A DNA stretch of 64,000 bases from Candidatus Latescibacterota bacterium. Its GTDB lineage: Bacteria; Latescibacterota; UBA2968; UBA8231. This document shows, in pieces, positions 42,906-52,890 of the stretch. The stretch lies in the NCBI GenBank assembly GCA_965208105.1, contig OZ242318.1, forward strand, positions 2,688,001 to 2,752,000, written 5' to 3'. The notes beneath the pieces were generated by a model that was given only the letters and a program-made list of their open reading frames with translations, was not told the origin of the DNA and ran no database searches. Made by a program: the position numbers and the translations under genes. Positions within the stretch are counted from its first letter, which is position 1. Each line of letters begins with the position of its first letter.

Positions 42906-43730
42906 ATGACCCGCCTCGAATACAAATACCTGGTGCCGGAGGAAGCTCTGGCGGACGTGCGCCGCCGCATCTCACCCCACGTCGAACCCGACAGTCACGC
43001 CAGCACTGGGGAGGGCTACACCGTGCGCAGCGTCTACTTCGACACCGCCGACCTGGACTTCTACTACCAGAAGGAATCCGGCATTCAGCACCGACGCAAA
43101 CTCCGGGTCAGAGGCTACGGCGACGGGTCCGGCGACGCCCTGGTTTTCCTCGAAATCAAGCGCAAAAACGACATGTCCATCTCCAAGGCCAGGGCCCCGT
43201 TCTACTACCGCCACTGGCCTTCACTGTTCGCCAGCGGAGACCTCACTCGTTTCGTGCACAACCCGGGGGCCGACGCCCAGGTCCTGCGCGACGGCCACAG
43301 CTTCTTTTTCCACCTGCACCGCTACTCCCTGATGCCCACGGTGCTGGTGTGCTACGAGCGCGAAGCCTTCTTCGGCAAGTACAAACCGGGGCTGCGGGTG
43401 ACCCTGGACAAGAATCTGCGCAGCGCCCCGTACCCGGGTCTGCAGGACCTTTTCGCCAAAAACCACCAGAAACGCTCCCTGGAGGGACACTTCATCATCG
43501 AGGTGAAGTTCAACGAGGGCATGCCCGTCTGGCTGAAAAGCCTGCAGGAGCACCACCGCCTGCAGCGCCAGGCCCTGTCCAAGTACGTGATTGCTCTCGA
43601 CGAACAGGGCATACCGCGGCGCTCGGGAACATTCTCCACCTGGGCGCACCATCGCCACGGCAACGATGCGGGCAGCAGGAAAATCGGATCTTCTGCGACT
43701 GCCGGGCACCATTGGGGTGAGAGCGGATGA
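42906..43730 (+). CDS. VTC (polyphosphate polymerase-like, CYTH fold) domain protein
   Basis: RLEYKY, VRSVYFDT, RRKLRVRGY, LEIKRK, YEREAF, RVTLD, IIEVKF and SKY motifs. Confidence 0.9.
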   Translation: MTRLEYKYLVPEEALADVRRRISPHVEPDSHASTGEGYTVRSVYFDTADLDFYYQKESGIQHRRKLRVRGYGDGSGDALVFLEIKRKNDMSISKARAPFYYRHWPSLFASGDLTRFVHNPGADAQVLRDGHSFFFHLHRYSLMPTVLVCYEREAFFGKYKPGLRVTLDKNLRSAPYPGLQDLFAKNHQKRSLEGHFIIEVKFNEGMPVWLKSLQEHHRLQRQALSKYVIALDEQGIPRRSGTFSTWAHHRHGNDAGSRKIGSSATAGHHWGESG

Positions 43731-44407
43731 ACGGCTTCCCCGAATTCCAGTCCCTGCTTTCCTTCGATCTCACCCCGGGGCAGGTCGTACGCCATCTTGC
43801 GGTGGCTTTTCTCTGCGGGTTGCTGGTCTCCCGGTTCTACGCCTGGATCACCCGGCGCCCCGTCCACTCCCGCACCTTCACCAGCTCGCTGATCGCCCTG
43901 ACCATGGTCACCGCCATCGTCATCATGGTCATCGGCAACAACCTGGCGCGCGCCTTCGGCCTCGTGGGCGCCATGTCCATCATCCGCTTTCGCACCGCGG
44001 TCAAGGACATTCAGGACATCGTCTTCATCTTTTTCAGCCTGACCGTGGGCATGGCCGCGGGGGTGGGAATGTACGCCGTCGCTCTTCTCGGCAGCGGCCT
44101 CATCGGATCGATCATGCTCGGTCTGTCGCGGCTCGGCAGCTATGCCCAGCAAAAACGGGAGTACATGGTGCTCATGAGCTTCGAGCCCGACGGCAGCGAC
44201 GAGGCGCCCTACCTGCCTGTGCTCAAGGACCACTGCCGGCGCCATCAACTGGTGAACGTCAAATCGCAGGAGGAGAGCGACACCCTGGAACTGTCTTATT
44301 ACGTCCACCTGAAGGACGAGGACCGCAGCGACGATCTCATTCGGGAGCTGCGCGGTCTCCAGGGCATGAAGAACGCCAGCCTGTTTTTTGACGAAGAGTA
44401 CTACTGA
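43727..44407 (+). CDS. DUF4956-family membrane protein
   Basis: IGNNLARAFGLVGAMSIIRFRTAVKD motif; ATGA overlap with the VTC gene. Confidence 0.9.
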   Translation: MNGFPEFQSLLSFDLTPGQVVRHLAVAFLCGLLVSRFYAWITRRPVHSRTFTSSLIALTMVTAIVIMVIGNNLARAFGLVGAMSIIRFRTAVKDIQDIVFIFFSLTVGMAAGVGMYAVALLGSGLIGSIMLGLSRLGSYAQQKREYMVLMSFEPDGSDEAPYLPVLKDHCRRHQLVNVKSQEESDTLELSYYVHLKDEDRSDDLIRELRGLQGMKNASLFFDEEYY

Positions 44408-44556
44408 CGGTAAGTGCCGCAATCGAGAGGCCCCTGCGCTCCCGCATGCCGCCGCTTCGCCTGTCCCTTCCCGCGGAAATACCCTCCGAATGCTCCCGCC
44501 CCCTGGCTCTCCGCCGCACTCGGCCTCGCCTGCAGAACAACAATATCAACTGTCTG

Positions 44557-46245
44557 CTAGCGGACTACAACCAACTTGCGCGCCAGCGAACCCATCCCTG
44601 TCCGCAAGCGGTAGATGTAGACTCCCGAAGAAACCTCGGCGCCCTTCTCGTCGCGGCCGTACCAGCGCACCGTGTGCGTTCCCCTGGAATGGAACCCCTT
44701 GGCCAGGGTGGCGATTTTCTGGCCGGCCAGGTTGTAGAGGGACAGGTCCGCGCGAGCCTCCCGGGGCAGAGTGAAACGGATGGCGACGCTGCCGTTGAAG
44801 GGGTTGGGAAAGCCGGCGGACAAAGCGGGTAGAGCGGGATGGCCGGGGCTGGACGAGGAGACCGCCGTGTCGGGCCCGCGGACCAGCACCAGGTCCTCCG
44901 GGGCGATGTCGGCCACCCGGCGCGCCTGCTCGATGAAGTGGTCGTCGAGCCAGTCCAGGCGTTGTCCCAACCACTTTTTGAGATAGGCCACCTCCTCGGC
45001 GTGGGTGCGGCCAATGAAGTCGTTGGGCCAGACGTAGCGTCCCAGGATGGGCCAGCGCTCGAAGTTGCGCTCCTGGGCCTCCTGCAGAACCGCCGCCAGG
45101 CTGTCGATGTGGGAATCCAGTTCGTCCCCGCTCAAAACCCCTCTGCGGTGGGCATGCCAGCGATTCGCCAGGGTGTCGATGAAAGCCTCGTCCTGGAGCA
45201 GGCGGCGCCACCAGAACCAGAAGGGAGTTGAAATCCAGGTAGCCCCATTGGCGATTTGCAGGCGGTGGGTGGACGGCCGTTGCAGCTCCAGGCTGGGATG
45301 GACGTTGTAGTTGACGTTGCCCAGGGCAATGTTGAAATCCCACACCGGCCCCATGGTCAGCTTGCCTCCGGCGCTGTCCCTGTCCTTGTGCATGAAAAGG
45401 CTCAGGCGGTAGGCGTCGACGTTCTTGACTACTTCGTTGACGATGAGATAATCGGCAAAAGAGGCCAGGTCTAGATAGCGGCCATAGTCTCTCCGCGATC
45501 CTGCCAGGACCGCCTCCAAACTGTCGGTGTAGGCGCGAATATAGGCTTCCTGCTCGGGATTTATATTTTCCCCCGTGGGGTAGTAATACAGGTAAAAAAG
45601 GCGATTCCCCTTGAAGGCGTAGGCCGAGTACCATCCGGGGTCAACGCCTTCGATATAGCGGTCGACCCGGATGATATAGCCCCCGGTCACGTCGTCTCCG
45701 TCCACTTCGTCGGGGTCGAGGCGGGCGATGGCGACGCGGTCACCGTCGCGCTTGATTTTTTCAAGAAGCACATAGACGCCGAGATAGTCGCCGTCGATGA
45801 CCACTTCGCAGAAGCGGCTGCGGCTGGCATAGGCCCCCATCCGGCGCGCCATCCAGTACACAAGGGCGTTGCGAAGGAGTGATTTGTCGCTGTACGGTCC
45901 GTAGAGAATCCAGTCGTTTTCCTGGGGCAGCCCCAAAAGGGAGACGTTGCGGTTTTCGCCGTCAGCCTGCCGGGTTTCCAGCGCATAGGATTTCTTTGGG
46001 AAACTCTGGGTGCTGGCCCCCCTGACCTCAATGGCGATGGGTCCCTCGCCTCCGTCATAGGGGTCGCCCAGCCTGTTGCGCTGCCCCGGACCATTGTCGA
46101 TCACCCCCATCCAGGCGTCGATCTTGGGCTCGTCGGGAATGGACCGGCCGCCGGTGTCGATGACCACGATGGGCAGGTTGGAGGAGGTGAGGTCGGCCTC
46201 GGCGGCCGCGGGCAGGAGGACGATCAGCAAAAAGATCAAGGGCAT
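44557..46245 (-). CDS. secreted CotH kinase-family protein with C-terminal FlgD-Ig sorting domain
   Basis: EVRGASTQSFPKKSY, DKSLLRN, YLGVY and GPVWDFN motifs; tail FPNPFN...GVYIYRL. Confidence 0.9.
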   Translation of the reverse strand: MPLIFLLIVLLPAAAEADLTSSNLPIVVIDTGGRSIPDEPKIDAWMGVIDNGPGQRNRLGDPYDGGEGPIAIEVRGASTQSFPKKSYALETRQADGENRNVSLLGLPQENDWILYGPYSDKSLLRNALVYWMARRMGAYASRSRFCEVVIDGDYLGVYVLLEKIKRDGDRVAIARLDPDEVDGDDVTGGYIIRVDRYIEGVDPGWYSAYAFKGNRLFYLYYYPTGENINPEQEAYIRAYTDSLEAVLAGSRRDYGRYLDLASFADYLIVNEVVKNVDAYRLSLFMHKDRDSAGGKLTMGPVWDFNIALGNVNYNVHPSLELQRPSTHRLQIANGATWISTPFWFWWRRLLQDEAFIDTLANRWHAHRRGVLSGDELDSHIDSLAAVLQEAQERNFERWPILGRYVWPNDFIGRTHAEEVAYLKKWLGQRLDWLDDHFIEQARRVADIAPEDLVLVRGPDTAVSSSSPGHPALPALSAGFPNPFNGSVAIRFTLPREARADLSLYNLAGQKIATLAKGFHSRGTHTVRWYGRDEKGAEVSSGVYIYRLRTGMGSLARKLVVVR

Positions 46246-46264
46246 GGGACCCGGGGCATTCTCC

Positions 46265-49200
46265 TTACTTCACCAGCACCATTTTGCGCGTCTGCTGCAG
46301 CCTGCGGTGGCTCCCGTGGTCGAGGCGGAGCCGATAGAAGTAGACGCCGCCAGGCCAATGGGAAGCGTTCAGGACAAAGCGGTGGAATCCGGCTCCCTGT
46401 GGCGTGTTCTCGTGCAGATCGGCCACTCTCTGGCCCAGCAGGTTGAAGACGCTCAGGCTGACCCGGCCTGCGCGGGGCAAGATGTATTCGATGCGGGTGC
46501 TGGGATTGAAGGGATTGGGATAGTTCTGCTCCAGCACAAAGCGGCACGGCAGCCCGGGGCCGGCGGCCGGCTCGAGTACCGAATTTGCCGCCACGATGAC
46601 GGTGGAATCTGCCCGCCCCAGGGGCACCCCGCCCACGCCGGCGCTGAAGCCGGGGGAATCGGGCAGCAGGAAATAGCGGGCGTCGAAGCGGGGGATCCCC
46701 GCGATGTTGCCGTCGCGCCCGTCGAACTCGGGATCGTTGGTGAGCGAATGGGAAATATCCAAGGCCCCCTCCAGGGGGCCGTCGATAAGGTGGACGAAGT
46801 TGAGAACATTGTCCCCGTTGCCGTAGAGCACGCTGTTGGTCACGGTCATTTTGTCGCGATAGGTCCATCCGTCCCAGTTATAATCGTCGCCGATGCGTAG
46901 TCCCACGTTGTTGCCCACGGCCACCGAGTGGTCGATGAATACGTGCGGGCCGTCGTCGTACTCGTATTCGGTGTATCCGGCTTCGAAGCCCTGGTCGTTG
47001 TTGAGGGCAACGGTGTTGAAAATCCGCAAGGTATCGCCACCGGAGGCGGCAATGCCCTCGTGGGCAAAGTCCTCGATCCAGCAGTTGGACACCTGCAGGC
47101 GGGCGCCGTGGTGGTCGATGCCGTCGTCCTTGCCGGTGACGAAGTAGCAGTTGTCGATCACCGAGTAGCGGGGGAAGCGGGCGTTGACGTAGTCGACGTG
47201 CAACCCGTCCGTGTCGATGTCCTCCTCGTAGATCCCGTCGTCGTTGGGCAGGTTCATGAAGTGGCTGTCGCGGTAGGACAGGAGAGTGAGGACGAATTCG
47301 CCACCGTGGTGGACGAAGGAGGAGACGGAGTTGGAAATGGAGGCCACGGAGTTGGAGCAGCCGAAGACCTTGCCCGGCGAGTTGAGGAAGAAGCACTGGT
47401 CGAACTCGAAGGTGGAATTGAGCTTGCCGAAAAAGATGTGCTGACGGCCGGTGTGCCACATTCCACGGGTATGGTCGCCGCCGCCGTTGAGCACCATGCA
47501 GTAGCGGAAGTCGGCCTCCGCTCCGGTGAACTCCATGCCTCCCCAGGGCTCGGGCCAGTCGGCGGAGGTGAGGACCACCGGCGCCGCGGCAGTGCCTCTG
47601 GCAGAGACCCGGCCGCGGACGAAGAAGTTGACCCGCGCTCCCACGGCCACCCAGGCGCCCGCCTCCAGAATCAGGTGGGTGTTATCAGGCACGGTGATAT
47701 CGCCGGTGACCAGGTGGTCGGCCCCCGCGTCCCAGACCACCTCTCCGACGGGCAGTCTGCCGGCGTGAACCTTCACCGGACGCGCGGAGACGGCGATATC
47801 CCTGGAGGCGGAGGCCACTGCTTCGTTTCCCACCTCCAGTACGAAACCCCTTTCTGCCATCAGTCCCACGCCGGTGCCGGCGCCGCGCTTGATGGCGATG
47901 GCGGTATCTGCCCTTACCCCGGAAAAACGCACCTGCATGGGGCTTTGCTCGGTGGGCTCAATGCCTCCGTCCGGGCCGCGCAGGCGCACCACATAGGGAA
48001 ATTGCCGGCCGGCGGGGACGCTTTGCGGAGCAACGAGTTCCGCGCTGATGCCGGCCGCCACCGCGGGAAGGAAAAGGGCCTTCACCTTCAGGTCTGCCGC
48101 CGGGGTCAAGGTGATGGCGGGCTGGTCCGGCAACTGTGGGTCGGACCAGCCGGCGAAGCGGTGGCCCGGCGCCGGCCGTGCCTGCAACGGCAGGGGGACC
48201 TGGAGAAAGTAGGTCCCCGACCAGGGATAGGCGCTGGGTACGACCGTGTTCACCTGCACCTCTCCGGGGCCTTCCACTTCCACGGTCAACAGGGCTTGTC
48301 CGTCGAGCTCGAAGAATTCCTCCATTTGGCGACGCACCACGACAGGCCGACGGTGGACGAAGTCCTCCATGAGCCCCACGTTTCGTTCCCAGGTTGCCAC
48401 GCTGCTGTCCCAGCGCTCGACCTCCGCGGGAATTTCCGCGGCTATGGTCTGCGCCAGCGAATCGATCAAGACTTGCACCTGGGGTCCGGAAAAGGTCGTG
48501 TTGAATAGGTCGGCAAAGCGGTTGATGAACCTGGTCCGGAAGGACTGGTTGGCCAGCAGCCTCTTCGTGAGCAGGCGGTCCAACTCGCGGTTGAGAGGAT
48601 TGAACAGGGTGGTGAAGCCGTTCCAGTCGGCATTGTCGAATGTCCGGTCCGCGTCCCAAATAGTCCACTGCCACGGGCGGTCCGGATCCTTTTCCCTGAA
48701 GGCGTACACCCCGTAGGCCCAATTGCGGTAGTGGATGGCGTGGACGAGGGCCTGCAGGTCGATGAAATTGTCCAGATCGAGGTAGCAGCTGGCCGATGCC
48801 AGCAGATCATCGTCCACCAGGCTGTGGTCGGCGAAAAACCGCAGCATTGCGTCCCATTTGTCCTTGTCGCCGTGGACCAGTTCGGTCGAGTCCCAGCGGG
48901 TGCGCACCAGGTCGATGGCCTCGTAGCCCAGATGGTCCTGGACGAAATCCTCGTCCACGTTCTGCTTGAGGTCGTAAATTCCCGTGAACTCCGCGTTGAG
49001 GTAGAGCACGGCAAAACGGCTCCGCGGAGTCAGGCCGCCGGTCCGGGACCACAGCTCTGAGGCCAGCGGATCGTGCAGCAGGGTCCCCCCGCGGTTGGTG
49101 AATCTCTCGGTGGGCTCCAGGCTGTCGTCGTAGCCCGAGCGCAGAACCAGGCGGTTGAACCGGGTTACCCAGTCCCCGGGATGTAGAGGGTACTCCAGGT

Positions 49201-50200
49201 CGTCGGCCCCGTAACCGCCGCGAAAATAGGCGCGGAAGGATTTCTTGCGGTATTCCCTGGGCCCGGTGTTGCCCTGCAGGCGGAGACCGGCCGGCACCTG
49301 GAAACCGAGTCCTCCTTCCTCGAAAAAGGCCAGTTCGACAAAGCGCTCCCAGGCCCGTCCGGGCCGGTCGTTCACCAGGATTCCGCGTTCGGGGTCGTGC
49401 AGATTGGCCGGATCGGTGAGAACGGCCATGACCGGCAGGGCGTGCTCGGCGCCGACAAGGAATATCCGCGCCACCACGGTGCTGGGCAGGGCCCCGGCGG
49501 CAAAGGAACGTGCCTTGAAAACCACCGTCCGGGTTATGGAGACCGGTCCGCTGTAGAGGGGAGAAGAGGCGGTGGGATCGGAGCCGTCCAGGGTATAGCG
49601 CACTTGATCGCCGGAGTCTGCCGGCTGCGCCGAGACCGCCGCTGCATCGTCGAACATGCCGCTGGCCGGGGCTATTGCGGGGGGACGCACAAAAGTGCTG
49701 AAGCCACGGCTGTTCGCCGCCCCGGGAGTGGGCTCGGGCATGTAGCCCCGGGAGATATCATTGGAAGGACGGCCATAGGAGACATCCCGCAGTTGCTGCG
49801 GAAAAGAGAGGCTGTCCACCAGGCTCGTCCCGTCAGCGGCGATGAGGACGACCTGCTCGCCGTCTTTGCTGAGGCGAAAGGGGAGATGGTCGGCTCCGGC
49901 CTCGGGCTCGCCGTCGGCGTAGAGCAGGCGGTAACCCCCCGCCGGTACGGTGGTGCGGTGGGCCTGGCCCGCGGGGATCTGCCAGAGGGCTTTGTCGGGC
50001 CAGTCGTCGACAATGAAGTATCCGGCCAGATCCACCTCGGCCTCGCCGCGGTTGTGGATCTCGATCCAATCCTCGTATTGGCCGCGGGGGCCGGCGTGAG
50101 CGGTCACGTTCGAAGCCATGATCTCGTTGAGGGACAGGCTCGACCGGGCCGCACCGGGAAGCAGCAGGAAGAACAGGATGAAGGTGTTTCGCCCGTACAT
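46265..50200 (-). CDS. large secreted CotH kinase (lamin-tail domain, FN3-associated domain, CotH, beta-helix, sorting domain)
   Basis: LNEIMASN..DWIEIHN, YTLDGSDP, RLQG..KKSF and WDAD motifs; GKDDGID beta-helix; NYPNPFNPST tail. Confidence 0.88.
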   Translation of the reverse strand: MYGRNTFILFFLLLPGAARSSLSLNEIMASNVTAHAGPRGQYEDWIEIHNRGEAEVDLAGYFIVDDWPDKALWQIPAGQAHRTTVPAGGYRLLYADGEPEAGADHLPFRLSKDGEQVVLIAADGTSLVDSLSFPQQLRDVSYGRPSNDISRGYMPEPTPGAANSRGFSTFVRPPAIAPASGMFDDAAAVSAQPADSGDQVRYTLDGSDPTASSPLYSGPVSITRTVVFKARSFAAGALPSTVVARIFLVGAEHALPVMAVLTDPANLHDPERGILVNDRPGRAWERFVELAFFEEGGLGFQVPAGLRLQGNTGPREYRKKSFRAYFRGGYGADDLEYPLHPGDWVTRFNRLVLRSGYDDSLEPTERFTNRGGTLLHDPLASELWSRTGGLTPRSRFAVLYLNAEFTGIYDLKQNVDEDFVQDHLGYEAIDLVRTRWDSTELVHGDKDKWDAMLRFFADHSLVDDDLLASASCYLDLDNFIDLQALVHAIHYRNWAYGVYAFREKDPDRPWQWTIWDADRTFDNADWNGFTTLFNPLNRELDRLLTKRLLANQSFRTRFINRFADLFNTTFSGPQVQVLIDSLAQTIAAEIPAEVERWDSSVATWERNVGLMEDFVHRRPVVVRRQMEEFFELDGQALLTVEVEGPGEVQVNTVVPSAYPWSGTYFLQVPLPLQARPAPGHRFAGWSDPQLPDQPAITLTPAADLKVKALFLPAVAAGISAELVAPQSVPAGRQFPYVVRLRGPDGGIEPTEQSPMQVRFSGVRADTAIAIKRGAGTGVGLMAERGFVLEVGNEAVASASRDIAVSARPVKVHAGRLPVGEVVWDAGADHLVTGDITVPDNTHLILEAGAWVAVGARVNFFVRGRVSARGTAAAPVVLTSADWPEPWGGMEFTGAEADFRYCMVLNGGGDHTRGMWHTGRQHIFFGKLNSTFEFDQCFFLNSPGKVFGCSNSVASISNSVSSFVHHGGEFVLTLLSYRDSHFMNLPNDDGIYEEDIDTDGLHVDYVNARFPRYSVIDNCYFVTGKDDGIDHHGARLQVSNCWIEDFAHEGIAASGGDTLRIFNTVALNNDQGFEAGYTEYEYDDGPHVFIDHSVAVGNNVGLRIGDDYNWDGWTYRDKMTVTNSVLYGNGDNVLNFVHLIDGPLEGALDISHSLTNDPEFDGRDGNIAGIPRFDARYFLLPDSPGFSAGVGGVPLGRADSTVIVAANSVLEPAAGPGLPCRFVLEQNYPNPFNPSTRIEYILPRAGRVSLSVFNLLGQRVADLHENTPQGAGFHRFVLNASHWPGGVYFYRLRLDHGSHRRLQQTRKMVLVK

Positions 50201-50399
50201 TTTGGCCTGGACTTCGAAGCGGCAGCCGCTTCCCGGCGGAAATTTCAGGACCGCTTTTCAGGGAGAAAAGGAGATTTTTCGTACTTCGAGTGAAGCGGGC
50301 ACAGCTCTTCCCGCCGGAGTGGCGGCTCACCTTCGAACAACTGCCACGAACCTAGCAACAACAAACATGGCAGTCAAGAAAGGAAGCACATGGCATGGC

Positions 50400-50489
50400 T
50401 CATAACGTCTTGCCGATTTGCCAACCGCCAAGCGGTTGCTGAAGGCCAAGGCGCGATCGGCGCCGCAGCGCAACCCCGATGTGTTACAT
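50400..50489 (-). repeat. attC-like site 1
   Basis: + strand TCATAAC...GTTGCTGAAGGCCAAGGCGCGA...GTTACAT. Confidence 0.8.
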
Positions 50490-50509
50490 GATATGCTCAA
50501 CCAATTCAA

Positions 50510-50860
50510 TCAATTGTCTTCATCTACGGCGAGATCTACAAGGAGTTCCAACTCTGTCGTCGATCCACGCACCCAGGTATCCTTCTTGAACTGTTGATGA
50601 AAGGCATCAATCTCATGCTTTGACTGCTTGACCACATGGCGGGCGCGCTGCAGGTCTTCGGACCGCATGTACGAGAGGAGATATACCTCGTCATTTAACG
50701 TCAGCAAGAACCAGGATTCGACTTTCACTCCTTCTTCGCGTAATGTAGCCAACGCTTCGTCCTTGCGCTCGTTTATGGTGCTTGCCCATGCTACCACCCC
50801 ATCCTCAGAATTCTCCTTAAGCCTTCTCAATGTTGCCTTTACGTCCACGTCAACCTCCAT
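50510..50860 (-). CDS. cassette: DUF6176-like protein
   Basis: EALATLREEGVKVESWF...YLLSYMR...IDAFHQQFK. Confidence 0.65.
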   Translation of the reverse strand: MEVDVDVKATLRRLKENSEDGVVAWASTINERKDEALATLREEGVKVESWFLLTLNDEVYLLSYMRSEDLQRARHVVKQSKHEIDAFHQQFKKDTWVRGSTTELELLVDLAVDEDN

Positions 50861-50874
50861 GTTTTCGGCATTTC

Positions 50875-50970
50875 AAGTAACGTTCCCGCCGCTTGTGAAG
50901 CTGCCGGAGCGAAGCGGAGGCAGTTTGGTCCGGAGTGCCGCAGGCACGGAGCACAAGCGGCGTGTTACAC
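50875..50970 (-). repeat. attC-like site 2
   Basis: + strand AAGTAAC GTTCC CGCCGCTTGTG...CACAAGCGGCG T GTTACAC. Confidence 0.85.
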
Positions 50971-51085
50971 GTTGCCGTGGCCGGGGGAGGGAAGGTTCTG
51001 CCCAAACAGTAAGGGCGCTGCCTCTATCAAAACAAGAAGACTTCCATAGAGATTCTTGCCAAATGAGCCATTCAGCGGGCACCTT

Positions 51086-51980
51086 TTATCCTATCTGCTG
51101 ACGCACTGCAGAGATGATGTTTTTCATCAACATGACGTTGGTCATTGGGCCAGTGCCTCCAGGTACGGGAGTGATCATGCCTGCAACCTGCACAGCCTCA
51201 TCGAAGTCCACATCGCCGCACATCTGACCGTCCACGAAATTGACACCGAAATCGATCACCACTGCGCCAGACTTGATCCACCCACCCTTGATCATCCTGG
51301 CTTGACCTACGGCCGCACACAGGATATCGGCCGTGCTGCACACCGTAGCCAGGTCCTCAGTACGTGAATGGCATATTGTCACTGTGGCGTTTTCTCTTAA
51401 AAGCAGAAGAGCCATCGGCTTGCCCACGATGTTCGAGCGACCTACAACTACCACCAGCTTACCTTGGAGTTCCACATCGTACCGCTTAAGGATCTCTAAC
51501 CCTCCGGCGGGCGTGGCCGGTACAATAAATGGTCCGACCATAGGTGGCCGACCCACAGGCGCCACTTGGGCCAGTCCTCCAGTGTTCTCTGGATGCACAC
51601 CGTCTACGTCCTTGCCTGGAGACAACGCATCTTTGACAGCTGCCTCGTCGATTCCCTTGGGCAGGGGCTCTTGAATCAAAATGCCATGTACGGCCGGGTC
51701 GGTGTTTAACTTGGCAACCACGGTCACAATGTCATCTTGGGTAGAAGTATCTGGTAAGGCGTGGAGTTGGAAACCCAATCCTTGATTGCCAAAAGACTTC
51801 CCCAGAACATTGGCATAGCTGACCGAGGGCATAGCTGACCGAGGCCCGATCCTCCCCGGCACGCAAGACCGCCAGCGTTGGCTTATCTCCGTGCTGCTCT
51901 GCGAAGGCGGAAACCTCCGCTTCGATCTCCCTACGCATTGATTTTGCCAGCTTGCGGCCATCCAGGATCTTTGCAGCCAT
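51086..51980 (-). pseudogene. folD: cassette: bifunctional methylene-THF dehydrogenase/cyclohydrolase, frameshifted
   Basis: MAAKILDGRKLA..SVSY in one frame; KDVDG, GRSNIVGKP and TPVPGGTGPMT in another; 16-bp tandem duplication at 51812-51843. Confidence 0.9.
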
Positions 51981-52035
51981 CTTAACCCTCTCCTTCCCCC
52001 CTCTCAGGTTAATCTCTGTAAACGTTTTGGCAGCC

Positions 52036-52668
52036 CTACAGTTTGCTTACCACGAACTCGTAAACCTCGTCGCTCAGAGCTGGTTTGCTTTCCAGCAAAG
52101 CGTCCAGCTTGGTCTGATTCTCCTTGACGAAAGCTTCGTCGTTGATCCAGCTCAGGTTGATGAGAACATTAAGAGCAGCACTGCGCAGCCCAATCTCGGC
52201 CATCAACACGGCTACCCCAGCGTCGCTGACTACGTTCGTGTTGCCCTTCTCGGCCGCGGGACGACACAAGTCCATCACCCGGATGCATGCCTCAGCTACC
52301 TGCATTGGAACGTCAGCAGCAGCCTTTAGGGCTTCCTCCATCGCCGCAGCACGGGCTGCCTTCTGCTCATTGGTTTCGCCTGGCATCTTCATCGCTTGGG
52401 AGACTTGGGTATAGGCATGGATGTCGGCCTCCAGCAGATCTGTGAGCAGACGGCGTAGTTCTTCCGACTGCTCCAGCAGGCCTGCGATGTCCTCTTGGAC
52501 ACCGGCGTACTGCTTCTTACCGGTGGTCAGATTGCAGACCATGCTGATCAGGGCAGCGCCCAGAGCTCCTGATAGAGCAGCCACGCTGCCCCCACCTGGA
52601 GTTGGTGCGGAACTTGACAGTTCATCCAGGAAGATCCTCACGGGCTTGTCGATCAATCTTTCAGTCAT
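52036..52668 (-). CDS. fchA: cassette: formimidoyl-THF cyclodeaminase / methenyl-THF cyclohydrolase (FTCD_C family)
   Basis: LSSSAPTPGGGSVAAL and GNTNVVSDAGVA...ALNVLINL motifs. Confidence 0.88.
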   Translation of the reverse strand: MTERLIDKPVRIFLDELSSSAPTPGGGSVAALSGALGAALISMVCNLTTGKKQYAGVQEDIAGLLEQSEELRRLLTDLLEADIHAYTQVSQAMKMPGETNEQKAARAAAMEEALKAAADVPMQVAEACIRVMDLCRPAAEKGNTNVVSDAGVAVLMAEIGLRSAALNVLINLSWINDEAFVKENQTKLDALLESKPALSDEVYEFVVSKL

Positions 52669-52732
52669 TGTGTACTCCTTCTGGCCACCTCATCAGTCTA
52701 TGATCATCGAGGGGGTAGTAGGCCACGGTTTC

Positions 52733-52822
52733 GTATAACGTCTCACAATTCACGAGGTCGCGGATGCGACTTGCCGAAGGCCAAGTGCCGAATGGCGCGC
52801 AGGGTGAATTGCTGTGTTATCG
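52733..52822 (-). repeat. attC-like site 3
   Basis: + strand GTATAAC..CAATTCAC...GTGAATTG..GTTATCG. Confidence 0.82.
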
Positions 52823-52890
52823 GTTGTGGATATCTGAGTACATGGTTGATACCTCTTGGCCACTGTGACATGTGGACCGCAGCGATGGCA

